Assembly: GCF_006345805.1 (NCBI RefSeq) | Contig: NW_021832436.1 | Location: 103,522 to 167,521, forward strand | Length of the DNA stretch: 64,000 nt | Source: Octopus sinensis | Taxonomy: Eukaryota | Reading direction: 5' to 3' | Shown here: piece after piece, positions 39,237 to 51,352 of the stretch | Position numbering within the stretch: position 1 is the stretch's first letter | Layout: each line of letters begins with the position of its first letter | Notes under the pieces: model-generated | The model's input: the letters and a program-made list of their open reading frames with translations, nothing else | What the model was told of the DNA's origin: nothing | The model's database searches: none | Position numbers and translations under genes: made by a program

Positions 39237-40571
39237 TTATTTATCTAATCTTCCCTTAATCGATCGACCACGGAGTGTGGCGGATGCTATTTTAGCCTGC
39301 TTGTCCATTTTATCAAAAGATCTTTAATCCGTCAAATGTAATTTATGTGAAACCTTGAATTAAGACTTCTTTTTGATCTTTCAATTTCCATCTCCTGATT
39401 TCTTTTCTTGGCCTGTTCAATTTGATTAAAATAATTAACCAATTCAGCGCGTTTGACTCTCTCTGCAGACTTTTCTCTTCGGACTTGGTCTTTCCGCTCA
39501 CAGATATCTTTTAATTTTCGAATCTGTGACTCCTTGGCTGCTTGTAGTCTACATTTTTCATTCAGCCAGCCATTACCTAAACTGGTTTTCTTTTATTTGT
39601 CTTTCCCTGAAATCTCGAATTCGAGACGCAGAATTTGACCTTTCTACTTTGATCATTTTTGCTCTTCCCTGCGCTATTTCTTCTCTCTGAAATATGTGCT
39701 TTATTTAGGGGCGAACCATAATCATTTCTCGAGCCATTGTTCTACGATCTCGCAAACCAATCTCCCTCTTACTTTTGCTCGGCCTTAAATAAATTTAGAA
39801 ATAGCCACATGTCATTGACGGAGAGAGTTGAGACATTCCACTTATTTTTGGGCCTTTGAGTCTTATCGAAAAAAGTCACTTTTTTCTTGAAATATATCTA
39901 AAATAATACTTTGTTCTTATTGGAATATTGAGAAAGTAGTTTTTCACAGCTTTTTATTTCCCTTTCAAGGTCATTAAGTCTGGTCTGGAGTTCAAAGTCC
40001 TCTGGGGACCATTCAGTCCCGTCGTTTCCATCTTCAGACTTTTTTATGTCGTTTTCTGCAGAGCACCGAGAAGCACAGCTCCTGCTTTTATAGTTTGTCT
40101 ATTACTGCGATCGGCGAGTGCTTGGATAATGCCGTGGTGCAGAATGAGACCTTTCTGTACTGAAATACGTGAATTGCCTTGAATTACCAGGAGATTGTAT
40201 TTTTCAATGTTTTTCTGCATGGCATTTTATGTTGAGACTCTTCTTCAATCATTCGGTTCCTCAAACTCTTGCACAAATCAATAATTTCTGTGATCAAACA
40301 GTCGGATTACTTTTCCTATGTTCTTCTTGTGCTTCATAAACCGATCGGACTTGTTCAAGGTCGACCCCGTCTGGGACTAATTCTCGCTTGAACTGATTGA
40401 ATGATTTGTAAAGTAAATTGACAGGCTGCAGATTATAAAGCTTGCACAAACTTCTGATCCAGCCATTTTCGTGGCTTCCAAGGAACGTGGACTTGTCAAG
40501 ACATACTTGCAATCGTCAAATTCCGGGTTCTCGAAATTATCAAGCGTTATTTTTATGCTTCCTTGTTTCAT
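39237..40571 (-). CDS. CCDC177-like coiled-coil protein, multi-exon
   Basis: N-terminal LDNFENPEFDDCKYVLTSPRSLEA..PVNLL motif; E/K/R-rich coiled-coil exons ending ASATLRGRSIKGRLDK. Confidence 0.75.
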
Positions 40572-41032
40572 TGCGATAAAGACGTATCCAGGATACAAGA
40601 ATAATAAATAAATTAATAATATTGAAGTTATAAAAATAATCGCGAATTTCCGTGGTGGTATTCTATGGGCCAAATATTCTGTTTCTCTTCCATCGCCTAC
40701 TTTTATGGGACATGCTCTATATTGGCAGAACAATTTTTTCTCTGAAAAGAGGATTCCACTATTTTTGAAAATCCAGAAAATTTTTTACCGACAATCTTTT
40801 CCCAGCATTTGGTACTTTCCAGAAAGACAAAAATACTCAGGAGTTGGTAAAATAAAGTGTTTGTTCTAATAAAACAAACTGAAACTCGCTGAGTTGTCTT
40901 TTAACAAATTTAGGTAAAAACAAAGTTTTATTAATCATATGGATTTAGTCCACTTTAAAAGTGAATAGCACTTTGTTTAAACTGGTTTCGTAGAATAAAT
41001 AAAATTAATTGCAGTTTGATTTGTAGTGTGGT

Positions 41033-41633
41033 ATGGAGAAACACAAATCGTCTTTCTTAAATTTGATCAAAACATTAAACCCAGACGAGTTCCCCGACTT
41101 CATGGTATGGCTTGACGTCAAATTAGCGGAATTTAAAACGGATGGGTACGTGGCCATTGGTATCACAATCGGCTCATTTGTAGACTTTTCTGGCGGAGAC
41201 TGTCCTCAGTGGGTTCTAGCCGAGCGCTCAAATTATATGCAACAAATTTTTTCCTTATTTGAACCCGACAGTCCTTCCAAACATAAAACAAGTATTCAAC
41301 AATCGCATGCCAAAGAACCAACAACACGACCTGATGATGTTCTGTCGGAAAAAACCTTTTTTTGTGAAAAAATAACATCAACAGGTTGAGACATCGTTTT
41401 GACTGTCAGAGACGGGAACACAGACAAGTAATCCATGCTTCCATCAGTCTACTCAAATTTGTGACGAGACAAGTTTCCATTCTGTTGATACTCAAACGGA
41501 TTTATTGCTGGTCAATGTGGACCCTAAGTCACCTGATGGAGCACAGGACGAACCAGCCGAACGCCCTCGGATGTTGGGACAACATCAACTGCTTATTGAT
41601 CAGACAGACTGTATTTTCTGGAATGTTCATTGA
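41033..41633 (+). CDS. Orphan protein with TQT motifs
   Basis: ORF 41033-41384 joined through a 25-nt intron (41385-41409) to an open exon containing ETGTQTS and SVDTQTD. Confidence 0.6.
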
Positions 41634-41718
41634 AATGCGTTTATTAGCTTATCTATTTATTTGGGCACTGTTTCCCGCTCTTTCGTCTGCATACATTGAC
41701 TGACAGTTGGAAACGTTT

Positions 41719-42171
41719 TTATTTGGAAATAAACTTTTGTAGACTGTTGTATGTCTTGATATAGTCTCCCTTGAATTGGTAGAGTGTGCGGACAACGCGA
41801 ATTGGCTCCACTCCCAGGACGTGCGAAATGGCCTAGTCGTCGAAATAACTGACTACGTCGACGTGCTTCTTGATAGATATGAGACTCGCACATTCTCGTA
41901 ACCCTGCAGTCGGCCAATACCTGTCAGATTGTGACATCTCCTTAAAGACAACATAATTTAGTACTATTGTCGACGCATTGACTGACTGTCGAGTAGAAAG
42001 TTGGGCATTACATTGTAGCACTGCCATGCTGCATTTCTCCCTTTTGACATATTCCAGTATTCGAGGTCTTTTGTATGCCTGATTCAAGTTCATATCTTTT
42101 TTTCTACTTGCTAATTAATTAACTGACTACCTTTTCCTAAAAGGTGCCCAGTGAAAATATTTTTCGAACAT
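41719..42171 (-). CDS. Small orphan protein, spliced
   Basis: MFEKYFHWAPFRKR|KKDMNLNQ..HVD|AISHVLGVEPIRVVRTL..; two GTAGTCAG..TAG mini-introns restore the frame. Confidence 0.55.
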
Positions 42172-42449
42172 TAGCTATTGCCACGAGAAATAATTCGTTT
42201 TGGCGCTCTATAAACAATAATTTTTTTTCTACTTATTAAACTTATTAAATAAATAAGTGGTATTTTTTATAAAATCAATAAAAAATGTTTTGAATAACTT
42301 TCACTACTCGAAAGGGAAACCTTTACCGAAACTAACTAATCAAACTAACCAAAAAAGATGTTCAATATATGTTACGGGCACGGTCCTTAATCCGGGCAAC
42401 TATGTTAATTCCCGGGCATTAATCTTAATTAAAAATATGGTTATTAAAT

Positions 42450-42538
42450 CTTTTAGCTGAAAGGAGAGCCAGCGGCCTGACGGATGGCCAAACTGTCCCC
42501 CCTGAGAACGGCGATCGAGAACCGCTGGAAAAGCCAGT
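42450..42538 (-). mobile_element. Very short CRE-clade 3' fragment
   Basis: WLFQRFSIAVLRGDSLAIRQ then stop. Confidence 0.75.
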
Positions 42539-42796
42539 ACAATGTTAATTTAATCGGGCAAACTCATTATTTAATCTTATTCTCCCGTCATCTTAATAAT
42601 AAAATGGTATGGTGTGTGTCTGTCTGTCTGTGTGTCTGTCTGTCTGTCTGTGCACACCCACATTCAAATTGTTACAAACCAGATCAAATTGTCAAAACCT
42701 TCCCTTTTGTAGTTATTCGATAATGAGGCACAATAAAAGGTTGATATCCTCTAAGAACCTTCCTGTCAAAAAATTTTAATAAGAAAGAATATCCTC

Positions 42797-44102
42797 GATG
42801 ATGAGGTCCCCCAAAACCTTCAAGCCAAAAAATTAAAAAAAATTATTTTCTGCGTTTTTGTAAAAATGAACAACAAGAAAGTCCTCGACTCACATGATGT
42901 GGTCCCCCAAAACTTTCAAGCCAAAAAATTAAAAAAAATTATTTTCTGCGTTTTTGTTAAAATGAACAACAAGAAAGTCCTCGACTCACATGATGTGGTC
43001 CCCCAAAACCTTCAAGCCAAAAAATTAAAAAAAATTATTTTCTGCGTTTTTGTTAAAATGACCAACAAGAAAGTCCTCGACTCACATGATGTGGTCCCTT
43101 AAAACTTTCAAGCCAAAAAATTAAAAAAAATTATTTTCTGCGTTTTTGTTAAAATGAACAACAAGAAAGTCCTCGACTCACATGATGTGGTCCCCCAAAA
43201 CTTTCAAGCCAAAAAATTAAAAAAAATTATTTTCTGCGTTTTTGTTAAAATGAACAACAAGAAAGTCCTCGACTCACATGATGTGGTCCCCCAAAACCTT
43301 CAAGCTAAAAAATTAAAAAAAATTATTTTCTGCGTTTTTGTTAAAATGACCAACAAGAAAGTCCTCGACTCACATGATGTGGTCCCCCAAAACTTTCAAG
43401 CCAAAAAATTAAAAAAATTATTTTCTTCGTTTTTGTTAAAATGAACAACAAGAAAGTCCTCGACTCACATGATGTGGTCCCCCAAAACCTTCAAGCTAAA
43501 AAATTAAAAAAATTATTTTCTGCATTTTTGTTAAAATGAACAACAAAAAAGTCCTCGACTCACATGATGTGGTCCCCCAAAACCTTCGAGGTAAAAAATT
43601 AAAAAAATTATTTTCTGCGTTTTTGTTAAAATGAACAACAAGAAAGTCCTCGACTCACATGATGTGGTCCCCCAAAACTTTCAAGCCAAAAAATTAAAAA
43701 AAATTATTTTCTGCGTTTTTGTTAAAATGAACAACAAGAAAGTCCTCGACTCACATGATGTGGTCCCCCAAAACTTTCAAGCCAAAAAATTAAAAAAAAT
43801 TATTTTCTGCGTTTTTGTTAAAATGAACAACAAGAAAGTCCTCGACTCACATGATGTGGTCCCCCAAAACCTTCAAGCTAAAAAATTAAAAAAATTATTT
43901 TCTGCATTTTTGTTAAAATGAACAACAAAAAAGTCCTCGACTCACATGATGTGGTCCCCCAAAACCTTCGAGGTAAAAAATTAAAAAAATTATTTTCTGC
44001 GTTTTTGTTAAAATGAACAACAAGAAAGTCCTCGACTCACATGATGTGGTCCCCCAAAACCTTCAAGGTAAAAAATTAAAAAAATTATTTTCTGCGTTTT
44101 TG

Positions 44103-44140
<38 letters not shown>

Positions 44141-44791
44141 ACAAAACTTTAATACAGTCAAATTAATTAATAGAGAATTAATGTCGTGAACTTGAGGGTT
44201 AGTCCGACGACGAAGCACTGCGGATAGAGAGGCAGTTCCCGCGAAGAATTGCAACCGAGATGCGCTGGAAAAGCCAGCTCGTCTCCCTCCGGTCATTTGT
44301 ATTCTGTGAGATTCTTCCTCCCACAACCCGTAACAGATTTTCTACCTTCTTTCCAACCACACCGGAGGTCTCAAAGGCTAGGGGGACAAACTCAACGACG
44401 TTCGGAAGCACAGCGTACTTCGTCAACTTCCTTTCTTCTGCCAGCGCACATGCGTAGCCTGGTGTACTGGCTGTTCCTGTGAGCACAGTATCTGAAAAGG
44501 AGTCGACGCAAGTTACATCCCAAACAAGAGACCTTCCTCCTCTAAAGGGGAATATAGTCATCCCGTCAGGACGCTTTCCGTCACTGCGGCAGAGCCCAAT
44601 AGGTTCAAGGGTCGATGGGAATCCCGCAGAATCCAAAGCCCTTTTCACCACTTCATTGAGGAGGACGTGGCGGGGAAATCGGCCAGCACTCCTCCTAAAA
44701 ATTTAAAAAAAATTATTTTCTGCGTTTTTGTTAAAATGAACAACAAGAAAGTCCTCGACTCACATGATGAGGTCCTCCACAACCTTCAAGC
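42797..44791 (+). repeat. 95-96-bp satellite array in Helitron unit 1 (about 14-15 copies), interrupted by a CRE insertion
   Basis: Unit ATGAACAACAAGAAAGTCCTCGACTCACATGATGTGGTCCCCCAAAACCTTCAAGCC(A)nTT(A)nTTATTTTCTGCGTTTTTGTTAAA. Confidence 0.97.
44110..44695 (-). mobile_element. Young 5'-truncated CRE-clade insertion with a long poly(A) tail
   Basis: T-run 44109-44136; uninterrupted ORF 44199-44651 (GKRPDG, WDVTC, FETSG). Confidence 0.93.
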
Positions 44792-45499
44792 CTCGTGAGG
44801 CCATTAATTAGCTTAGCTATCTTTTTTCGATGACATAAATTCTTTTTTGTTAAATTTTCGTTAAAAAATAAAATAAAAGCTCTAATTGTTATCGACCATG
44901 AATATACTGTGCAATTATCAGATTTTGAAAACCACTAAAAAGGAAAAAGCAAAAATTATTAGAGATTTACATAATTGATTCTTTTTAACTGCCGAAACTG
45001 ACAAATTCGATTATGCTACTGTTTAGATTTCTTAAAAGATAGAGGCAAATAAAATTTAAATTAGTCATGTAAATTTCAATTTGCCTATATTTAAATCACC
45101 TTGATTTAACAGGCTTTAATTTTTTCCTTATAATACTACAAAGATGAAGCTGATTATCATTTTCTTTACCGAAACAGACAAGTTCGATTATGCTAAAGTT
45201 TCAATTCCTTTAAACATAGAGGCAATTAAGTATAATGGCTTTGATTGGATAATACACTTTACATAAATTTCACTAAATAAATTTACGTAGAAAATTTAAT
45301 ATAAATTACTGATTCGCGTTTACAAAATCATAAGAATGTCCTATAAAGAGAGATCTGAGAATGTTACAAACAAGAGAATATGAACCATATAACAAAAAAA
45401 GAGAAACGAGGGAAGATGTGCTTAAATGGTGAAGGAACTTAGACAACAGCTGAACAAGGTCAGGACTGCTGTTAGACTCAACTACGGGTAATAGAATTA

Positions 45500-46248
45500 T
45501 GCATTCTAGGTTAATTGTTTGGGATGAATGTACGATGGCTCATAAAGGCGCATTCAAGCAGTTGACCGAACATATAGAGATAACAAGAGTTGTAGCGACC
45601 ATTTGTTTGGGGGAGCATTAGTTGTATTGGCAGGTGATTTTAGACAGACGCTGCCAATTATTCAAAGAGGGACGCCTGCGGATGAATTGAATGCCTGCCT
45701 CAAATCGTCATATTTGTGGACACACGTGAAAAAGGTAAGCTTAGATGTAAATGTACATGCACATTTACAAGGCGTTAATAGCATATTCCCACAAATCCTT
45801 CTAGATATTGGAAATGGGGCAATCACTTCAGAAATGCACGACCAGAAAATTAGGCTACCGGAAGAATTATGTATTTTCGTAGAAACAGCAGAAGAATTAT
45901 TGAATGCCGTCTATTCCGAACTATCTGAACACTACGTGAATTTCGACTGGCTGCGTGAACGAGCTATATTAGCTCCACTTAATGATGAGGTACTTAATAT
46001 AAATTTAGATTTATTAATGAAAATCCCTGGCAGAGAAAGAATATATAAATCGGTCGACGTTATTATGGACCATGAAAGGGCCTGCGATAGATTTAAGAGA
46101 CTACAATTTCCGCTGAAGATAAGTTTTGCTATGACAATAAACAAGGCCCAGGGACAGTCTTTAAAGGTAGTAGGCTTATTTTTAGAGAACGAGTGCTTTT
46201 CACATGGCCAGCTGTATGTGGGGTGCTCAAGGGTAGGTAGAAGAGAAA
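45500..46248 (+). pseudogene. Helitron PIF1-like helicase remnant, unit 1
   Basis: [48 protein letters not shown]; internal deletions; no Rep domain. Confidence 0.9.
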
Positions 46249-46454
46249 TCTTAATAATAAAATGGTATGGTGTGTGTCTGTCTGTCTGTGTGTCTGTCTG
46301 TCTGTCTGTGCACACCCACATTCAAATTGTTACAAACCAGATCAAATTGTCAAAACCTTCCCTTTTGTAGTTATTCGATAATGAGGCACAATAAAAGGTT
46401 GATATCCTCTAAGAACCTTCCTGTCAAAAAATTTTAATAAGAAAGAATATCCTC

Positions 46455-49040
46455 GATGATGAGGTCCCCCAAAACCTTCAAGTCAATTTTCTGCGTTTTT
46501 GTTAAAATGAACAACAAGAAAGTCCTCGACTCACATGATGTGGTCCCCCAAAACCTTCAAGCCAAAAATTAAAAAAATTATTTTCTGCGTTTTTGTTAAA
46601 ATGAACAACAAGAAAGTCCTCGACTCACATGATGTGGTCCCCCAAAACCTTCAAGCCAAAAATTAAAAAAAATTATTTTCTGCGTTTTTGTTAAAATGAA
46701 CAACAAGAAAGTCCTCGACTCACATGATGTGGTCCCCCAAAACCTTCAAGCCAAAAAATTAAAAAAATTATTTTCTGCGTTTTTGTTAAAATGAACAACA
46801 AGAAAGTCCTCGACTCACATGATGTGGTCCCCCAAAACCTTCAAGCCAAAAAATTAAAAAAAATTATTTTCTGCGTTTTTGTTAAAATGAACAACAAGAA
46901 AGTCCTCGACTCACATGATGTGGTCCCCCAAAACCTTCAAGCCAAAAAATTAAAAAAAATTATTTTCTGCGTTTTTGTTAAAATGAACAACAAAAGTCCT
47001 CGACTCACATGATGTGGTCCCCCAAAACCTTCAAGCCAAAAAATTAAAAAAATTATTTTCTGCGTTTTTGTTAAAATGAACAACAAGAAAGTCCTCGACT
47101 CACATGATGTGGTCCCCCAAAACCTTCAAGCCAAAAAATTAAAAAAAATTATTTTCTGCGTTTTTGTTAAAATGAACAACAAGAAAGTCCTCGACTCACA
47201 TGATGTGGTCCCCCAAAACCTTCAAGCCAAAAAATTAAAAAAATTATTTTCTGCGTTTTTGTAAAATGAACAACAAGAAAGTCCTCGACTCACATGATGT
47301 GGTCCCCCAAAACCTTCAAGCCAAAAAATTAAAAAAATTATTTTCTGCGTTTTTGTTAAAATGAACAACAAGAAAGTCCTCGACTCACATGATGTGGTCC
47401 CCCAAAACCTTCAAGCTAAAAAATTAAAAAAATTATTTTCTGCGTTTTTGTTAAAATGACCAACAAGAAAGTCCTCGACTCACATGATGTGGTCCCCCAA
47501 AACCTTCAAGCCAAAAAATTAAAAAAAATTTTTTCTGCGTTTTTGTTAAAATGAACAACAAGTAAGTCCTCGACTCACATGATGTGGTCCCCCAAAACCT
47601 TCAAGCCAAAAAATTAAAAAAATTATTTTCTGCGTTTTTGTTAAAATGAACAACAAGAAAGTCCTCGACTCCATGATGTGGTCCCCCAAAACCTTCAAGC
47701 TAAAAAATTAAAAAAATTATTTTCTTGCGTTTTTGTTAAAATGAACAACAAGAAAGTCCTCGACTCACATGATGTGGTCCCCCAAAACCTTGAAGCCAAA
47801 AAATTAAAAAAAATTATTTTCTGCGTTTTTGTTAAAATGAACAACAAGAAAGTCCTCGACTCACATGATGTGGTCCCCCAAAACCTTCAAGCTAAAAAAT
47901 TAAAAAAATTATTTTCTGCTGCGTTTTTGTTAAAATGAACAACAAGAAAGTCCTCGACTCACATGATGTGGTCCCCCAAAACCTTCAAGCCAAAAAATTA
48001 AAAAAAATTATTTTCTGCGTTTTTGTTAAAATGAACAACAAGAAAGTCCTCGACTCACATGATGTGGTCCCCCAAAACCTTCAAGCTAAAAAATTAAAAA
48101 AAATATTTTATTTTCTGCGTTTTGTTAAATGAACAACAAGAAAGTCCTCGACTCACATGATGTGGTCCCCCAAAACCTTGAAGCCAAAAAATTAAAAAAA
48201 ATTTTTTCTGCGTTTTGTTAAAATGAACAACAAGAAAGTCCTCGACTCACATGATGTGGTCCCCCAAAACCTTCAAGCTAAAAAATTAAAAAAATTATTT
48301 TCTGCGTTTTTGTTAAAATGAACAACAAGAAAGTCCTCGACTCACATGATGTGGTCCCCCAAAACCTTCAAGGTAAAAAATAAAAAAAATTATTTTCTGC
48401 GTTTTTGTTAAAATGAACAACAAGAAAGTCCTCGACTCACATGATGTGGTCCCCCAAACCTTCAAGGTAAAAAATTAAAAAAATTATTTTCTGCGTTTTT
48501 GTTAAAATGAACAACAAGAAAGTCCTCGACTCACATGATGTGGTCCCCCAAAACTTTCAAGCCAAAAAATTAAAAAAATTATTTTCTGCGTTTTTGTTAA
48601 AATAAACAACAAGAAAGTCCTCGACTCACATGATGTGGTCCCCCAAAACCTTCAAGCCAAAAAATTAAAAAAATTATTTTCTGCGTTTTTGTTAAAATGA
48701 ACAACAAGAAAGTCCTCGACTCACATGATGTGGTCCCTAAAAACCTTCAAGCCAAAAAATTAAAAAAAATTATTTTCTGCGTTTTTGTTAAAATGAACAA
48801 CAAGAAAGTCCTCGACTCACATGATGTGGTCCCTCAAAACCTTCAAGCAAAAAATTAAAAAAAATTATTTTCTGCGTTTTTGTTAAAATGAACAACAAGA
48901 AAGTCCTCGACTCACATGATGTGGTCCCCCAAAACCTTCAAGCCCAAAAATTAAAAAAAAAAATTTTCTGCGTTTTTGTTAAAATGAACGACAAGAAAGT
49001 CCTCGACTCACATGATGAGGTCCTCCACAACCTTCAAGCC
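46455..49040 (+). repeat. 95-96-bp satellite array in Helitron unit 2 (about 27 copies)
   Basis: Same unit as 42797-44791. Confidence 0.97.
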
Positions 49041-49749
49041 TCGTGAGGCCATTAATTAGCTTAGCTATCTTTTTTCGATGACATAAATTCTTTTTTGTTA
49101 AATTTTCGTTAAAAAAATAAAATAAAAGCTCTAATGTTATCGACCATGAATAGACTGTGCAATTATCAGATTTTGAAAACCACTAAAAAGGAAAAAGCAA
49201 AAATTATTAGAGATTTACATAATTGATTCTTTTTAACTGCCGAAACTGACAAATTCGATTATGCTACTGTTTAGATTTCTTAAAAGATAGAGGCAAATAA
49301 AATTTAAATTAGTCATGTAAATTTCAATTTGCCTATATTTAAATCTCCTTGATTTAACAGGCTTTAATTTTTTTCCTTATAATACTACAAAGATGAAGCT
49401 GATTATCATTTTCTTACCGAAACAGACAAGTTCGATTATGCTAAAGTTTCAATTCCTTTAAACATAGAGGCAATTAAGTATAATGGCTTTGATTGGATAA
49501 TACACTTTACATAAATTTCACTAAATAAATTTACGTAGAAAATTTAATATAAATTACTGATTCGCGTTTACAAAATCATAAGAATGTCCTATAAAGAGAG
49601 ATCTGAGAATGTTAACAAACAAGAGAATATGAACCATATAACAAAAAAGAGAAACGAGGGAAGATGTGCTTAAATGGTGAGGGAACTTAGACAACAGCTG
49701 AACAAGGTCAGGACTGCTGTTAGACTCAACTACGGTAATAGAATTATGC

Positions 49750-50552
49750 ATTCTAGGTTAATTGTTTGGGATGAATGTACGATGGCTCATAAAGGCGCAT
49801 TCAAGCAGTTGACCGAACATATAGAGATATCAAGAATTGTAGCGACCATTTGTTTGGGGGAGCATTAGTTGTATTGGCAGGTGATTTTAGACAGACGCTG
49901 CCAATTATTCAAAGAGGGACGCCTGCGGATGAATTGAATGCCTGCCTCAAATCGTCATATTTGTGACACACGTGAAAAAGGTAAGCTTAGATGTAAATGT
50001 ACATGCACATTTACAAGGCGTTAATAGCATATTCCCACAAATCCTTCTAGATATTGGAAATGGGGCAATCACTTCAGAAATGCACGACCAGAAAATTAGG
50101 CTACCGGAAGAATTATGTATTTTCGTAGAACAGCAGAAGAATTATTGAATGCCGTCTATTCCGAACTATCTGAACACTACGTGAATTTCGACTGGCTGCG
50201 TGAACGAGCTATATTAGCTCCACTTAATGATGAGGTACTTAATATAAATTTAGATTTATTAATGAAAATCCCTGGCAGAGAAAGAATATATAAATCGGTC
50301 GACGTTATTATGGACCATGAAAGGGCCTGCGATAGATTTAAGAGACTACAATTTCCGCTGAAGATAAGTTTTGCTATGACAATAAACAAGGCCCAGGGAC
50401 AGTCTTTAAAGGTAGTAGGCTTATTTTTAGAGAACGAGTGCTTTTCACATGGCCAGCTGTATGTGGGGTGCTCAAGGGTAGGTAGAAGAGAAATTTATTT
50501 ATATTTGCCAAGGATGGACGGACTGCAAACATCGTTTATCCACAGGCCTTAG
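49750..50552 (+). pseudogene. Helitron PIF1-like helicase remnant, unit 2
   Basis: Near-identical to 45500-46248, with extra 1-bp indels and the C-terminus retained. Confidence 0.9.
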
Positions 50553-50703
50553 AATAAGGTTATATCAAAGCAGGTCGCATTTATATATCTACATAAATTT
50601 ATAGTTATTTAAGGAAACTGCGAGCGTAGCGAGCAGGGCCTCCGCAGGAGCTAGCTCGCAGTGAGCGAAGCGAACTGCTGAGCTAGTAATTGTATAAAAT
50701 AGA

Positions 50704-50905
50704 TGGACTTATTTACAATATTCGGTGCTCCTGATATATTACAAAGTGACGATGGAAGAGAGTTTACAAACTCAATTGTGAATGATGTTTGTAAACTTTG
50801 GGACGAAAATAAAATTGTACACGGAAAACTCCGCCAAAGTCAATCACAAGGATCTGTAGAAAAAGCAAATCAGGTGGACTGAAGGCCTTAAATTTGTGCA
50901 ATTTA
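50704..50905 (+). pseudogene. Ginger2/KRBA2-like rve integrase core fragment
   Basis: FTIFGAPDILQSDDGREF..VHGK.RQSQSQGSVEKAN. Confidence 0.85.
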
Positions 50906-51352
50906 TTTAATTGCCCGGATTAATGACTTTGCCCGTAACATATAAAAAAGATGCAAGCGGCAACAAACTAAGATGGAAAACACAAAGTCCGATGACAGTG
51001 GAAAAAAGTTGCTGCAATCAAAAAGAGCATTTTTTAAAGGACTAAAATCAACCTTACTTAACGAGAAGTTAATTTGAAATTGTTCTAAGACCAACAAAAA
51101 TATTTTAAAAAGCAATGGCGTTCCCAGTTGAAAGAATGAATAAAGAATTCAAATTTAAAGTGGAAAGAAATGGAGAAGGTCGTCATCTCCCTAAAAGCCT
51201 AGGAATGTGTTTTTAGAAAAAATACTGACGCAGGTAATGTAAATTAAAAAAAGAATAAACTACCGCTTATTTATGGAGAAATACAGAACAGTTTGTCATT
51301 ATAACTACAAAAATAACTGAAAAATATGTTTGAATATCAAAAATTACAAACG

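Larger units (their letters stand above)
42591..50686 (+). mobile_element. Non-autonomous Helitron, head-to-tail composite of two units (42591-46248 3'-truncated; 46249-50686 complete)
   Basis: A|TC 5' ends at 42591 and 46249; (GTCT)n microsatellite; PIF1 helicase remnants; hairpin GCAGT..ACTGC 50658-50678; CTAG|T end; no TSD. Confidence 0.92.
42370..50940 (+). mobile_element. Internally deleted Ginger-type DNA transposon hosting a Helitron
   Basis: TIRs TGTTACGGGCACGGTCCTTAATCCGGGCAA / TTGCCCGGATTAATGACTTTGCCCGTAACA; 4-bp TSD TATA; rve integrase remnant 50704-50905. Confidence 0.88.

Noticed and set aside
45603-46370. Host PIF1 helicase gene with a novel C-terminus
   Set aside because: It is an internally deleted Helitron helicase, and the apparent tail is read-through into the 5' end and microsatellite of unit 2.
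42866-48132. ORFs encoding the 32-aa repeat MNNKKVLDSHDVVPQNLQAKKLKKIIFCVFVK
   Set aside because: By-product of a 96-bp unit length. A-run length changes and an in-frame TAA break the frame freely, and the array lies inside a Helitron.
42797-49040. CRISPR-like array
   Set aside because: The units are fully repeated with no unique spacers, there are no cas genes, and the context is eukaryotic.
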